A stretch of 64,000 nucleotides of DNA from Lingula anatina (GCA_051362555.1 CM120642.1:2294001-2358000), one strand, 5' to 3'; shown: positions 1 through 12,403, counted from the stretch's first letter. A program made the numbers and translations. Notes: a model not told the origin generated them from the sequence alone.

Positions 1-493
1 ACGTATATGTAGTATACTGCTTTTCCTTGAATTATAATACATGTATATGTAGTATACTGCTATTCCTTGAATTATAATACACGTGTATGTAGTATACTGC
101 TATTCCTTGAATTATAATACATGTATATGTAGTATACTGCTATTCCTTGAATTATAATACATATATATGTAGTTTACTGCTATTCCTTGAATTATAATAC
201 ACGTGTATGTAGTATACTGCTATTCCTTGAATTATAATACACGCATATGTAGTATACTGCTATTCCTTGAATTATAATACACGCATATGTAGTATACTGC
301 TATTCCTTGAATTATAATAAACGCATATGTAGTATACTGCTATTCCTTGAATTATAATACATGTATATGTAGTATACTGCTATTCCTTGAATTATAATAC
401 ACGTATATGTAGTATACTGCTATTCCTTGAATTATAATACACGTGTATGTAGTATACTGCTATTCCGTGAATTATAATACATGTATATGTAGT
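1..493. repeat. 40-bp minisatellite, ~12 copies (ACGTATATGTAGTATACTGCTATTCCTTGAATTATAATAC), runs off the window start
   Basis: Head-to-tail near-identical 40-mers with no spacers. Confidence 0.97.
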
Positions 494-722
494 AAATAAT
501 GCACTGCCCATGAGCCCAGTAAACAAGATAGCATGGCAAGCCATAGGGAATCGTAGGGGGTAGCAGTCCATTATTTATTATACATACAATTTGAAATCGT
601 ACGTTTCTTCCTTAAACTCCTAATTTTGACGGCGCTGATATCAGCACCATGGTGTGTATAATTCACGATCTATGTATCACACACAAGCTCAATAAACAGC
701 TTCCACAAGACCTACACTAAGC

Positions 723-941
723 TCATATATATACATGTTGCTCTATCAGACTTTTAGTCAGGGGGAATTCGCCCAACACATGATCTGCTATTTGCACTGA
801 CACCCAGCAAACACAGGTACTATCCTCTCTAGTGATACGGTCCCACTGCCCAGTCTCTATAGCTGGGTTATGTGACAAAGTGCAGAGACATGTGAATGTT
901 AACTTCTTGTGCTCAGTGTCTCTGAGTATGCAGTAATCCAA
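723..941 (-). mobile_element. Decayed LINE 3' fragment (C-terminal IETG...C-C...H motif)
   Basis: SHNPAIETGQWDRITREDSTCVC...HVL resembles the C-terminus of the LINE ORF2s in this window (HKLHIETGRY...C..C....HF). Confidence 0.6.
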
Positions 942-2019
942 TTTTCAATGAATTTCAAATTATTTCTTCTTCACAAAAGACTCTTGTCTTACTAGCTACC
1001 CATAGGTTTCGTGTCAATTTAAAGACACAAGTATGGTAGATATTTATAGGAAAATTACAAATAAAATCTTAAATTTTATTTTAAGGGATTTTTATATAAT
1101 AAATTAAACTGATACATTTACAGCTCTGGTGCATAAGTAATAAGTTTTTTCAAACCCATGATCTCCTGTCAAATATAAGTCACAGTTACTTCTATAACAT
1201 AGTAACTGATAATGATTAAATACAAAATAACTGGTATTAGTATTGGTATAATACAATTGAATACAATGTATGCAACACAAACAAAAATGCAAAGAAAATA
1301 GAACTCAAACTCACTAAGAGCTATAATTACAATACAGTGGATAGCAGATGTATTAAATAATGCTTTGCCTACAAGCCTGGTAAACTTGATTGCATGCCCA
1401 ACTATAGCGGAAATTTTCAATTACTAAAGGAAAAAGACATGTTGCTAATACGAAAATCATCATAAATCTTCAAATATATCAAATGTCAATCCTGTTAATA
1501 TAAATTTTTGTTCATATGGTAATATGCCAAACAATGCGACCAAGATTAATTAACTAATTTCATGGAAATGTCATTTTCATCAAATTGATTAAAATATAGC
1601 AATGGAAACCTATATCGTTCGATTGTTTGGGGCATCTGCCAAAACTTTCATCTTACCAAAAGTATTGCATTTTAAACAGAAGTGTTACACAAGATAAGCT
1701 GCAATTTTTGCCTAACACGTGTTTCAGGCAAGTTTTATACTCCTTTTGAAATCTTATTTTGCTGTGTACAATATGTGCTAACATTACTTAACGTTCAAAC
1801 AGAAGACGATTATAATTTCTATCTATTTATTTTCCTCACCGACCATCATTTTCATGACCCGCTTCACAAGTGGGACGAGTATTTCCCTGAAGACAGGTGT
1901 TGTTAACAATGCCCGGTCACAGGGGGGGATGGGGGGCTTCCATCTGGGGACCCCCTGGATCTGCCCCTGTTTGGATGTACACGTAACCAGTGAAGGATGA
2001 AAACACATCCAATCACATT

Positions 2020-2333
2020 TTACTGCAAATCAGCACAATCAACTATTATCTTAAAGAAAACGGTATCATCTTTGATGTAGGCATGTGACGGGCTGTCCAG
2101 CTGTGACAAAGTCGCAAACATGGGACATCCGCTTGCAATATTCATCTCATTTGTTGGCTTCTTGAATGAAGAACTGCTTGGATCAGGTCTGAAGGCATCA
2201 ATGATGTGCTCCTTGTTATTCTGGTCCAGCAACATCAGGGTGACCTTCTGTCTGAAGGGCCAACGAAGAAGGGCATCATTGCTGCCTTTGCAGATAACAA
2301 AGAAGAGGGAAATATGTGTCCCTTTTCCCATAC
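2020..2333 (-). CDS. TRAF2: TRAF2-like, coding exon 8 (C-terminal MATH/TRAF-C, stop TAA)
   Basis: MGKGTHISLFFVICKGSNDALLRWPFRQKVTLMLLDQNNKEHIIDAFRPD...MNIASGCPMF is most like TRAF2; acceptor tttcAG at 2335-2334; phase 1 matches exon 7. Confidence 0.9.
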
Positions 2334-3611
2334 CTGAAATTGACAGTTTAATAATTTTTGTGAAAATTCTAAGTATATTCCTTTCAAGCAGATTGGTACA
2401 ATACAATGTATTAAATAAGAGAACAGGGAAAATATTTCATACTCAACAAACCAAAATTGAAAGAAAGAAGTGATTAAGGTAGATCGGTCGTTACGTAATT
2501 TGATGATTTGCGCAATTTCAGCACATTGTCAATCGTTTCTAATGACAGCTCAGTCTGTTTTATCAATTTAAGGAAATAAAACAATTATCTTTAAGATAAA
2601 CAAACATAATCAACTTGTCTTTAAAGATACATACAAAGTCAATTTTTTGTCACAAAAACCAACCAAATGCCAGCATATAGTTTCAAGTAGTATAACTAAG
2701 AGAATTACCAAAAGGCATTGTTTGATTTTACCCAAAAATGATGTTTGAACAGATTTTTCTGCTGGCATTCTAATGCTATATGTCAATGGGGCAGGAAAGT
2801 AGGTCACGGAAGTAAGTTAAATTTACAACCATAAATTTAAAGAAAGGAGCGGTCTAAATTAAGGTCTTTTATGGCTGATCGAGTGATCTATTCAGTCTAT
2901 CCCTTGGCATGTCAAATTTATTTGAGTCATATAAGAATCTAGTAGTAGCGGTTTACATGTGTTACTGGGAATCCACGCTCCACCGATGCTCGGTTCGTAT
3001 GTACTTAAGTCTGTTTGATTGATACAGATATATCATGTAAAGAACGAGTGTTGTATATTCCAATCAAAGTGGCTGCGTATATTTCGAGGTAGAACGCTCT
3101 GAATGTGCTGCAAAACGTAATGCTTAGATTTTGACGAAAACTGGAAGTGTGTAGTGACATCACTCATTTGAACTTGGAAAGCTGCTGGCTGATTTTCCGA
3201 TGAGAAATATTACGTAGCTTCTATATACATGTTCAGAAAATGACCATACAGCTTGAATCAAAATTAAAACTGCCTAATATTTTACAGAAAAAATTGTGCA
3301 CTTCTGACCTCGACTTGTCAGTGTCAGTGTAAACAAGCAAGCACGTGAATGCTGCATTTGATACTTTGTATCAGACACTTCATTTTACTTGACAACACAG
3401 TGTTTAAGATGTCACATTCATGTTATATTCATATATAACAACGGCAATAAACTATTTTCATATGCATGACGTATTTCCCTTATTACTCTCTTCAATAATT
3501 CCGTTGTAAAGTTAATGGCTTACACCTTCACATCAGAATGACAAATCTGAAAATCTGTACTCATTTTGTTTGTTAAACATAATGACAGTTTACCATTTAT
3601 AATCCATTTCC

Positions 3612-3727
3612 AGAAGTATATGTATTGATGCACCTAGAAAGATCTACAATAAAGTTGTTAAATACAATGGATTGTATTTAACAACTTTATTGTAGATCTT
3701 TCTAGGTGCATCAATACATATACTTCT
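3612..3727. repeat. Perfect inverted repeat (57-bp arms, 2-nt loop)
   Basis: agaagtatatgtattgatgcacctagaaagatc...caat-gg-attg...gatctttctaggtgcatcaatacatatacttct. Confidence 0.92.
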
Positions 3728-3836
3728 ATTATTACCAAGATCTATACGGTGAATCAACATTAATCCATTTCCATTAACATTATTTGTTCAATGAAAACAA
3801 ATGAAAGGATAATTCTTGAGTTTTCAAAATGAAAGA

Positions 3837-3837
<1 letters not shown>

Positions 3838-3881
<44 letters not shown>
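3838..3881. repeat. (CA)n microsatellite
   Basis: Direct reading. Confidence 0.95.
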
Positions 3882-3882
<1 letters not shown>

Positions 3883-3948
3883 CCTATAAGCAAGCATATT
3901 CTTTGTAATATTATAAAGGGCAAAAAGGTTGAAATGATTGTAACCTAC

Positions 3949-4615
3949 CATCCCCATTAAGGTAAATCCGTGCGCACATCTTGTATCCACTTTTTGAAGT
4001 GTAGAAAGGAGGCGAGTAAAAACTGGGCACTCTGTTATTGACTGCATCTTGTCTTCTCCGAACAAAATCAGTTATCTTCCAAACCAGGATTCCATTGTAG
4101 GTTGCCCGCTCCAAATTTTCAACTCGAGTATCATTTAGCTGTAGGGTGTCATCTTTGGAGGCAAGGGATCTCTCAAGCATGGTGATTTTATTTGCACCTG
4201 CTTGCAACATCTCTTGATTCTTCTGCCGCTCTCTCTCATAGAAGTCAATCTGCTGGAACAAGACCTCCAGTTTCCTGGCGAGATCTATGATGGTTTCCTC
4301 ACAGCCCTGGAGTTTTCTCTCTCTTTCATCCATCATGGCTCTAACCTCATTCATCTCCCGGCTTTGTCCAGGCGTGGGTCTTGGACCCTGACCTCGTTCA
4401 GCTTGCTTTATCTGTCCATCCAGTGCAGTCAAGGTGCCTCCCAGATCTTGCAGTTTTTTTTCCAGAAAAACAAACTGGTGATCAGCCTCCCCATTTTGAT
4501 GCTGGGCATTGACCACTGCCTGTTGTTGACGCACCTCCTCCATTTTACAGAACAAAAGATCCACATGTTCACTTAGGTTGCCTTTTAAATGGATATCAAT
4601 TTCCTCTGGTTTTAC
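3949..4615 (-). CDS. TRAF2: TRAF2-like, coding exon 7 (coiled coil and start of MATH)
   Basis: VKPEEIDIHLKGNLSEHVDLL...TYNGILVWKITDF...FYSPPFYTSKSGYKMCARIYLNGDG; acceptor AG 4617-4616, donor GTAGGT 3948-3943. Confidence 0.92.
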
Positions 4616-4767
4616 CTGAAATAATCAAAATAACTGTCTTCACAGTTTGCTAATATACTATTTAAATAAAGTAAATACAATACTGATACATGTGCAAATA
4701 CAAAATATATCTGATGGGGCTTTTTACTCATGTGCATGTTGATAAAACCAGACATGACTGCAATGTA

Positions 4768-6888
4768 GACAAGGCAGCAAAGCTGTCAAATGTACAGACA
4801 AAAAGCAGAAAATAACATGCACAACATAGGCTACTGTCAATTCTGATGCAATAGTACATTATGCTTAACTGCAAATTCAACATCAAATTTTAATTATGCT
4901 CAACAGGTAATACCAATGTAAGTAAAATGTGTAACACTTTGAAAATGCCAGAATGAGAAAAATGAAAATTTTACACAAAATTGCATAAATTCAATAATAA
5001 ATGATAACCAAGTTGAGCTGGCTTTCTAATTTGAACTGCATGCCAATCCTAAATATCATACTTCAAAGTTAAAAATAATTATAAGTAACACAGTTTTCTT
5101 TTCATAATGTTTGTAGTAGCAGTGCAAAAAGATTTTTGTCAATTTTGATATAACATTACATAATAAGTTACAGAATAATTATCACCAATTTTTGATTATT
5201 GACTATAAATAGCAAGGACATGTAGAAAATTTGATTACCATTAGTCCCACAATGAATATGCCAAAACATTAATAATGAATATTTCACTAAAATGTATAAC
5301 TTCCAGAAAAAGAAGCCAATTAGACTGCTTTTCCAACTCAGGCTGCATTTAAGTCCTGTGTTTCTTTTTTGAAAGTTTGACAGTCATAAGAAACACAGTT
5401 TTCCCATAATGGTCATCATGGCAGCAGCACCAAAAATTGTTTTCCTCTATCTTGATGCAACATCACATAATGCTTAACAGCATAATGACCATCAATTTTT
5501 AATAATAAAATAAACGTATCATGGATTTTCAGAAAATGTGACAAGCATAGGTCTTCAAGCCCGTGGAGGTTCTAAGTCACACCTTGAAAATGCCAATATG
5601 TGAAAAAATTTAAATTTCACAAAAAACTATTTAACTGTCAGAAAAAAAAAATACCAAACAGACTGCATTGCCTACTGAAGCTGTATTTTACTCCCATGTT
5701 TCTTTCCTGTAAGTTTGAGAACAGTAAGTGACATGATTTTACTTAAATGGTCATCATGGGAGCAGTGCCCAAAATAGGGGTTTCTTCAAATTTTGATGCA
5801 ATATTACATAATGTTTAACAGTATAATTACCATCAATTTTTAATAATAAAATATTAGTAACATGGACATTCAGAAAACGTGACTTACAAAGGTCTTCAGG
5901 CCCATGGAACTGCAAAGTCACACCTTGAAAATGCCTAAATGTAAACAAGACGGCACTGTTCTGAAATGGGTTTATTTCCATTTTTAAAACTTTTTTAACA
6001 TAAAACAAAATAAACCGTTTACTACTGCCATTTTTATATGATCAACTAAGAAAATTGATGAGATTGGAAAAATATCAAAAGAACAGTGTTAAATGTCTAA
6101 TTGCCTCCATTCTGAGATTCTGAACAAAGTGGATGATTGAATCTGACAAACTGCAATGATATGAGTGTATTTCCATTTTTGACACTTTATAACACAATAC
6201 AAGATAACAAGTTTACCATCATTTTTACATAATCAACTATGTTGTAAAGATGCAGGAAATGTGAAAACAAACACTTGTACATATCTTATTAGTTCAATAA
6301 TGAGACTGTTAACATGCTTGAGAATTAAATCTGAGGAAATGTGAAAAAATAGCATAACTTCTAAAATAATGGCCTAATTATGTTGATTTTCGATTTTACC
6401 TGCGTTTTAGTAAGATTGACCACTCCTGTGAGTATAATGACAATTGGCCTATCTGTTTTTCTTATATTGTGTTATCAGTGTTGAATATAACTGAAAAAAA
6501 GTGAAAAAAAGTGAAAAAACAGCATAACTTCCCTAAAAATGTCCCGATCATGCTGATTTTCAAACTTGACCTGCATATTATGAATATTCATCAGTTCTGT
6601 AAGTTTTAAGCCAAAGGTAAAATGGTTTTCCACTTATCGTGTTATTAGTGCTGCATATATGCTGAAAAAAAATTGAAATAACCGCATAAATTCCCTAAAA
6701 GTGACCTGATCATGCTGATTTTTGAACTTGACCTATGTATTATGAATATTAATCAGTTCTGTAAATTTCATACCAAAAGAAAAAACAGTTTTCCACTTAT
6801 GGTGTTATCGGTAAAAGTGCACGGTGACGGCGACGACAGACACAGATGACGGCTATATGTACAGACACAGATGTGTCTGTACATAAAA
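4768..6888 (-). mobile_element. Non-autonomous Helentron/HINE-like element, copy 1
   Basis: 5' T-run plus palindrome TATGTACAGACACAtcTGTGTCTGTACATA, then (GTCGCC)n microsatellite, internal tandem subrepeats, 3' subTIR TGTCTGTACAT and hairpin GACAGC-TTT-GCTGCC; five copies in the window. Confidence 0.75.
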
Positions 6889-7208
6889 GCTTATATATAT
6901 ATATAACAAAGTCAGAGTAACCTCAACCTATCTATAACTGGGTACCGAGAACTATATATATATATATATATATATTCATGTTGTCTACCAAACTATAATA
7001 CAATGCACCATGTTGTCTTTAAACATTTGAGTATTCACATTAGGCAACCTTTACTTTTCTATAACATTTATGGCAGCTACCTTCACCAGTAAATGTTTTT
7101 TTGACTAAATGGAAAATGTCAACAAGAACAAAGCTAGTAATAAATTGTGTACAAAAAACAACAATTTTGACATGGTTTTCATAGTAGGTTTGTACAAAAA
7201 AACCCTAC

Positions 7209-7295
7209 CTTTTTGGTGCATCCAAAAGATGCAAAAGAGCACAGGGCCAACTTCACAGGACAATCACCACTGACTAAGTCTTGATGATTTTTAAG
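7209..7295 (-). CDS. TRAF2: TRAF2-like, coding exon 6 (zinc finger)
   Basis: LKNHQDLVSGDCPVKLALCSFASFGCTKK; AG/GT boundaries, 87 nt, phase 0/0. Confidence 0.88.
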
Positions 7296-7697
7296 CTACA
7301 AGAAAGTATCATATCATTTCTGAGTGCAATTCGTAGTTTATCCTTTATAATTATATAATTATCTTACACAAATTATCTCATGCACATATTCTTTCATTTC
7401 AAATTTGGAAATCATTACTGACATAATATTTTGCGATTAACAAAAAAAAAAGTGTGTTTTTCAAATCTTAATAGTGGATAATACTAAGAACAATAACCCT
7501 CAACCCTTCCCCCTTCCATCCTTCCTTGAAATATTCAATACAATCAATAATGGGCTATATCTGAGAATGCCTTTCAAGGACACATTTAGTGTATTAAAGT
7601 CTGCACCCGATTGAGAAAGGTGACATGACTGCAAATTAAATGTGTTCCTCTGCATTTAGTACTTGACAATGTGCATTTTGCAGGGACCCTGCATATA

Positions 7698-8233
7698 TGA
7701 GGGTTGATTGATAAGTAGTGAGCCTCGTGTGGAAGGGGTTAAGCAGGGATATCCCTTTTCAGCCCTTCTATTCCCTGGCTATTTAAAGGTGTGTAGCCGA
7801 AGTTTGGTGTCATTTGGTTAGTTTATGTCGACGAGGTAGCACTCTCAAATAAGCAAGGCAAGTGACTTTTGCAAAATGCCCCTGCTCACAAGTCTGTCAT
7901 TGCCATGGCTGCAATCAATGAGTGTGGCTTTGAACTGATAGAACATCCACCTTATTCGCCTGATCTTGCTCCCTCTGACTATTTTCTATATCCCAAATTG
8001 AATAAGGCCATTTCAGGTACTCACTTTGTGTCAGAAGATGACATCATACGTGAAGTGGAGGGGTTTCTGAACGGCCAAGCGAAGGGTTTCTATAAAAGTG
8101 GCATAGAGGCTCTCAAAACTAGCTGGCAAAAGTGTATAGATACTCAAGGAGACTATGTTGAAAAATAAAGAAAAATACTTGTAAAATGTGTACCCCTTCT
8201 ATATGAGGCTCACTACTTATCAATCAACCCTCG
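7698..8233 (+). mobile_element. Internally deleted mariner transposon (transposase C-terminus 7869-8168)
   Basis: TIRs (t/c)GAGGGTTGATTGATAAGTAGTGAGCCTC, TA on both flanks, HPPYSPDLAPSDYFLY motif. Confidence 0.93.
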
Positions 8234-8255
8234 TATCTGATACAATAACGCTCAC

Positions 8256-8336
8256 CTGTAATCGTGTGAAGATCTTGTCCATGTGGCATTGATCACACTC
8301 CACAGGAAACTCTGGACAATCTGAGAGGTGATGATC
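8256..8336 (-). CDS. TRAF2: TRAF2-like, coding exon 5 (zinc finger)
   Basis: DHHLSDCPEFPVECDQCHMDKIFTRLQ; cccAG/GTGAG, 81 nt. Confidence 0.88.
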
Positions 8337-8725
8337 CTGGGATAAGTAATAGTGATAGAAAATATAAATAATGAAATTCATAATATTATACGTTTAAGCT
8401 CCAACATGCAACTATAAGGCTACAGCTAAAGATATCTAGAAAACAAAACTAATACATTTTGTTATATCATCTGGGGGTAAATGTAAAGTAGGTGGATCTA
8501 TGGAAGCCTTTACAATCATAAGGAAAATAATGAAAGCAGTAAGTTACCTAAAATGTTCTATTCTGCCCATTTATAACATCATGATAGTCATTGTAAATTT
8601 TTGAAAAAAACGTATTAGTAATATTAAAGCCATTATGTGGAGGTGAAAAATTGGACAAGTTTTGAAACAAAAAAAAAAAGTCAGTTATATCAATGAAATA
8701 CTATCATGATAGTCAAGCTGCCTTA

Positions 8726-8940
8726 GGGCGTATTCCCAGAGCTTTTAGATCGATCTATCCCTGTGGGGAGTCTCACTAGATTACTGTAAGATAATCCGGC
8801 TTAAATGTCCGTCCCGCCTACTACAAGCTGTAAGGGGGTAATTAACTTTCGTGCCCGCTCGGCTGACAGCTATTTAAGGTGAACCCCCAGGGAGTAAGGT
8901 CGATCTAAAGTAGATCGATCTAATCTCTGGGAATGGGGTC
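8726..8940 (+). mobile_element. PIF/Harbinger-like MITE family C
   Basis: Imperfect TIR (GGG..ATTCCCAGAG), TTA TSD; homologous copies at 43542-43754 and 47762-47975. Confidence 0.8.
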
Positions 8941-9086
8941 TTAAAGACATTAATCACGATGTTGCTTGTGTATCTGATGTTCTCTTATAACGTTCCCTTC
9001 AAATGAAAGTAGGCTTTAAAACATTATACTTGTCTAATATCAAATAAAAGGCACAGAACATGAAGAGAAAAAACATCTACTGCTAC

Positions 9087-9251
9087 CTTTACGTCTTTAA
9101 AAACCAGCTCAGCTTTGCAATACTCGCAATCCACGGGTCTCATTAAGCAGTCTTCCTTGAGATGACGCTCTAAATCTTTCCTGTATACAAAGTCCTTGCA
9201 ACCAGACCTGCCACAAAGCTGCCTGATGAACTCACATTCTGCTTCATGGGC
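9087..9251 (-). CDS. TRAF2: TRAF2-like, coding exon 4 (zinc fingers)
   Basis: AHEAECEFIRQLCGRSGCKDFVYRKDLERHLKEDCLMRPVDCEYCKAELVFKDVK; cacAG/GTAGC, 165 nt. Confidence 0.9.
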
Positions 9252-10120
9252 CTGTGAAAACGGATCAAAATAAGTTTTGATGGTGACTGTGTTAGGTGAG
9301 ACAGAACTGGTTGAGAAAAATACCAATTGTGCTAGGAGAGATTGTGCTTGTTGTGACTTAGCAATGTGTTGTGGCTGCAGAGATTGTGCTTGTTGAGACT
9401 GAACAAATGTATTATGTGAGATGGGATTGGTCAGTTATAAAGAGAAGATTGTGTTTGAAAAGATTTATCTGTTAGAGATTGAACTTGGAGTGGCAGTATT
9501 AACTAGACTGTGTACTGTATACTGTGTGCAGGAATGATTAAGTTGGTAATGAGTATACATTTCATGTTCTGTAAGGGTAAGATGTGGATACCACATTTTT
9601 ACTGTACTTGTGGTACTTAATAGTACATGTATGCTGTGGAACAAATGGCAACACTTATATTGTGGAATTTGAATGTTACTGTCTGGTTACTTAAATGACT
9701 AAGCAGATTATTCCATCAAAGGCAATCAACAGTCTCATCAATAGTGATATACTAGTTGAAATCATACAGCTGAACTGGAAATATTTTGCATTAGATTTTT
9801 GTCATGATTACTAAAAACAGAGAATTTTCAAAAGGATTGTAAATTCTGATTCATCATTTTTTTCAACTATTTCATATTATATTATGAGTGTGTGATGAGA
9901 TATTAGTGTTATCAGTGTGCTCTTGTACCTCATTAACTCAAATATGGCTAAGAGCTTGCTTGCAGTCTTAAAATATTCAATCCTGCACAAATCCAACTTT
10001 TCACATACTAGTAGACAAATTCATCTTCCGTAGTGTTTTATACATTTTTACATTTATATTATACATAGCTTGGGTGAAAAACTCCAATAAGAAGGTCGTT
10101 GCAAATGAAATTTTGTTTAC

Positions 10121-10225
10121 TTCATAATCCTTTAGTTTCCCCTCCCATGGGCAGCCATCTCCCTTGTTTGTGCAGACCACATCTAGTCTCAGGACTTCAC
10201 GTTCAACAGCTCTATCAGGATACAC
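10121..10225 (-). CDS. TRAF2: TRAF2-like, coding exon 3
   Basis: VYPDRAVEREVLRLDVVCTNKGDGCPWEGKLKDYE, the typical TRAF post-RING segment; ttctAG/GTAAAC, 105 nt. Confidence 0.9.
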
Positions 10226-10234
10226 CTAGAAAAC

Positions 10235-10308
<74 letters not shown>

Positions 10309-10350
10309 ATTAAAATTAATAAATAAATAAATAAACAAAAGACATGCAAT

Positions 10351-10409
10351 AACCCCGACTCCGAGTTTCATGGGCATACCCAGAAGGTGTGCCCGATCGT
10401 CAGGAGGTT
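10351..10409 (-). ncRNA. Minimal type I hammerhead ribozyme in the Penelope pLTR
   Basis: AACCUC-CUGACGA-uc-GGGCAcACCuucuGGgUaUGCCC-au-GAAACUC-G-GAGUC^GGGGUU: CUGANGA and GAAA cores, stems I and II, very short stem III, GUC cleavage triplet. Confidence 0.8.
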
Positions 10410-11593
10410 TATTTGAAAATGGTTATATTAGCCGTTTTACATACACAGCGTGACCACACTTACGTCGCATGCCGTGTTAGTTACGTCACTTTATGCCGAC
10501 ACATGGTAATTATCTCAGTTCTTTTATTCAGAGTATCTGGTGTTATCATTATCAACAGTTTTTCGTCTAAGCAAAGATTGCATAGGTGCTGATTTCTCCT
10601 TTGCGGCGTTGATTTCTTTATGATGTCCCATCTAATGTCATACTGGGTTTTATTTTCTGTTAATTTCCAAATGTATTTGGTTAACTCAGTATCTGCAGCA
10701 TATTTCTTGTCTCTAAATGACTTGGTGTGATTATTGTATCTCAACTTAAATTGGCCACCACAAAGTCCTATATATTTCATGCATTTGTCCTTAGTAGTAA
10801 CTGATGCTTGGTACACAATGTTGCTAGACAAGCATTCCCCTCTCAAAGGACACTTACTAGGAGCTCTACAATTACATTTCTTATCTTGAGTGTTAACTAA
10901 CATGTTTTTGAGAATTTTTTTATTGTGACCGTGAATGATTTGCTGTATGTTTTTCATACAACAGTAACTTACTTTTACAGTCAATCTGTTGAATAATCGG
11001 TAAAGCTTGCTTCCACGAGGGAAATGCTTGTCTAGCAACTGTAGGAATACATGCCCGATTTTCGTTCATACATTTTTCGAGTATGGTGGGTTGAACCAAA
11101 TAAGTTTCCTGTTTCGTTTTTTCTTTTCTCTGGAACGAGAGCTGCTTGCTTTAGAGTTATTACCCAACGACATTACGGTATAGCCCGCGGTTTGAAGCGC
11201 CGTCGTATATACGTTATCTGATCCTTCTGCTACCACTCCGTCAGACGAAAGGGATTGCAATCTTTCGCCGATGGCTTTAGGAATGTTCCTTATTATTGCG
11301 GGGGGGGGGGGGGGGTGATTTGAGTGTTTGTGAACATAGATCGGCTGGGCGTTCGGTTTTACGAACGGCCTGTGTTTCCTGGATTCTAAGTCTAGGTTAA
11401 CATCAAGGAAGTTAACTGCTCTATCGTTGGTGGATACAGTGATGTTAAGGTAATAACTTTTGAAGAGCTTGACTAGATCCTTTCTAATGCTGTCAGCTTC
11501 GCTTCCACCACAAGATTTCATCACGGCTAAGCCGTCGTCCCTGTATAGTCCTACCGATGTGACGCACGCTGCTAATATAACCATTTTCAAATA

Positions 11594-11652
11594 AACCTCC
11601 TGACGATTGGGCACACCTTCTGGGTATGCCCATGAAACTCGGAGTCAGGGTT
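11594..11652 (+). ncRNA. Second hammerhead copy in the inverted pLTR
   Basis: aacctcCTGACGAttgggcacaccttctgggtatgcccatGAAActcggaGTCagggtt. Confidence 0.75.
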
Positions 11653-11745
11653 ATTGCATGTCTTTTGTTTATTTATTTATTTATTAATTTTAATTGTGTA
11701 CAAATGCTCCGGACTGTTGAGCACTCTGTTCCACATTCACGCTTG

Positions 11746-11782
<37 letters not shown>

Positions 11783-12076
11783 TAACAGCTCTATCAGGAT
11801 ACACCTAGAAAACATATTTCTGTAAATTACAACTCTGTCATGCTGCACTTAATCATGTATACACAAACTGCAGTGCATAATTATGAGTAATGATCACATA
11901 TATTATAAGTCTCATGACAAACAAAAACAGATGGGCTTGACATGTGGCAAGACCTGGAGACAACCAATAGACCATCAGAACAACAGAGTGGAATCTGAGG
12001 CACTGAACAGGACAGCTGAGCTCATCAAATGGAGGGACGGCCTCCACCACCATCTAAGATCCTCCTACAATGTCAT

Positions 12077-12403
12077 AGTCTAGATGACAGGTGCAAAAAT
12101 TGCTCAAAAGGTGGAAAAAGCATGAAACTTGGCACAAATGTTCTTTGGACTATGCTGATCATTTTCAAGGGTAGTGCCCAAAATTTCAAAGCGTTGCATA
12201 GCAACCATTGCTAAGGAAGTGATTTACCTTACTAGTAACAAGCTAACTGGACCTTTCTTGTTCAGTTTAAATGATTAAAAAAGGCTTTTAATAATGTTTC
12301 AAGCCATCAGAACTATCACTATACTATTTAAAGACATTAAAAACCCAAGTAAACCATTGCAACAGTTGCTAGGGAGCATATTACCCTAGCAACAAGTATT
12401 TAA
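12077..12403 (+). repeat. Dispersed repeat family A (also ~20058-20360 on -, 45251-45412 on +)
   Basis: Shared sequence ...aaattgctcaaaaggtggaaaaagcatgaaacttggcacaaatgttctttgg... Confidence 0.8.

Larger units (their letters stand above)
10237..11783 (-). mobile_element. 5'-truncated Penelope-like retroelement (RT C-terminus plus GIY-YIG endonuclease) with inverted pseudo-LTR, (TA)n flanks and 32-bp target duplication
   Basis: GLYRDD, VNFLDV, WFNPPYS and IVYQA..YIG..FKLRYNNH motifs; one in-frame stop at 11068-11066 separates the two ORFs; inverted repeat ~10302-10430 vs 11571-11700; direct repeat 10205-10236 = 11784-11815. Confidence 0.92.

Noticed and set aside
1-493. CRISPR-like array
   Set aside because: The 40-bp units are contiguous with no unique spacers, there are no cas genes and the context is eukaryotic: a minisatellite
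2334-2406. ORF-track N-termini and tails of TRAF exons (also 3911-3948, 9252-9326, 10001-10120)
   Set aside because: Intron read-through beyond canonical splice sites
2474-3530. Possible TTAA-flanked element in TRAF2 intron 7
   Set aside because: Terminal match is too short and the right TTAA is imperfect
11571-11614. ATG/GTG start of the Penelope RT ORF
   Set aside because: These residues come from the inverted pLTR; the RT is 5'-truncated at ~11570
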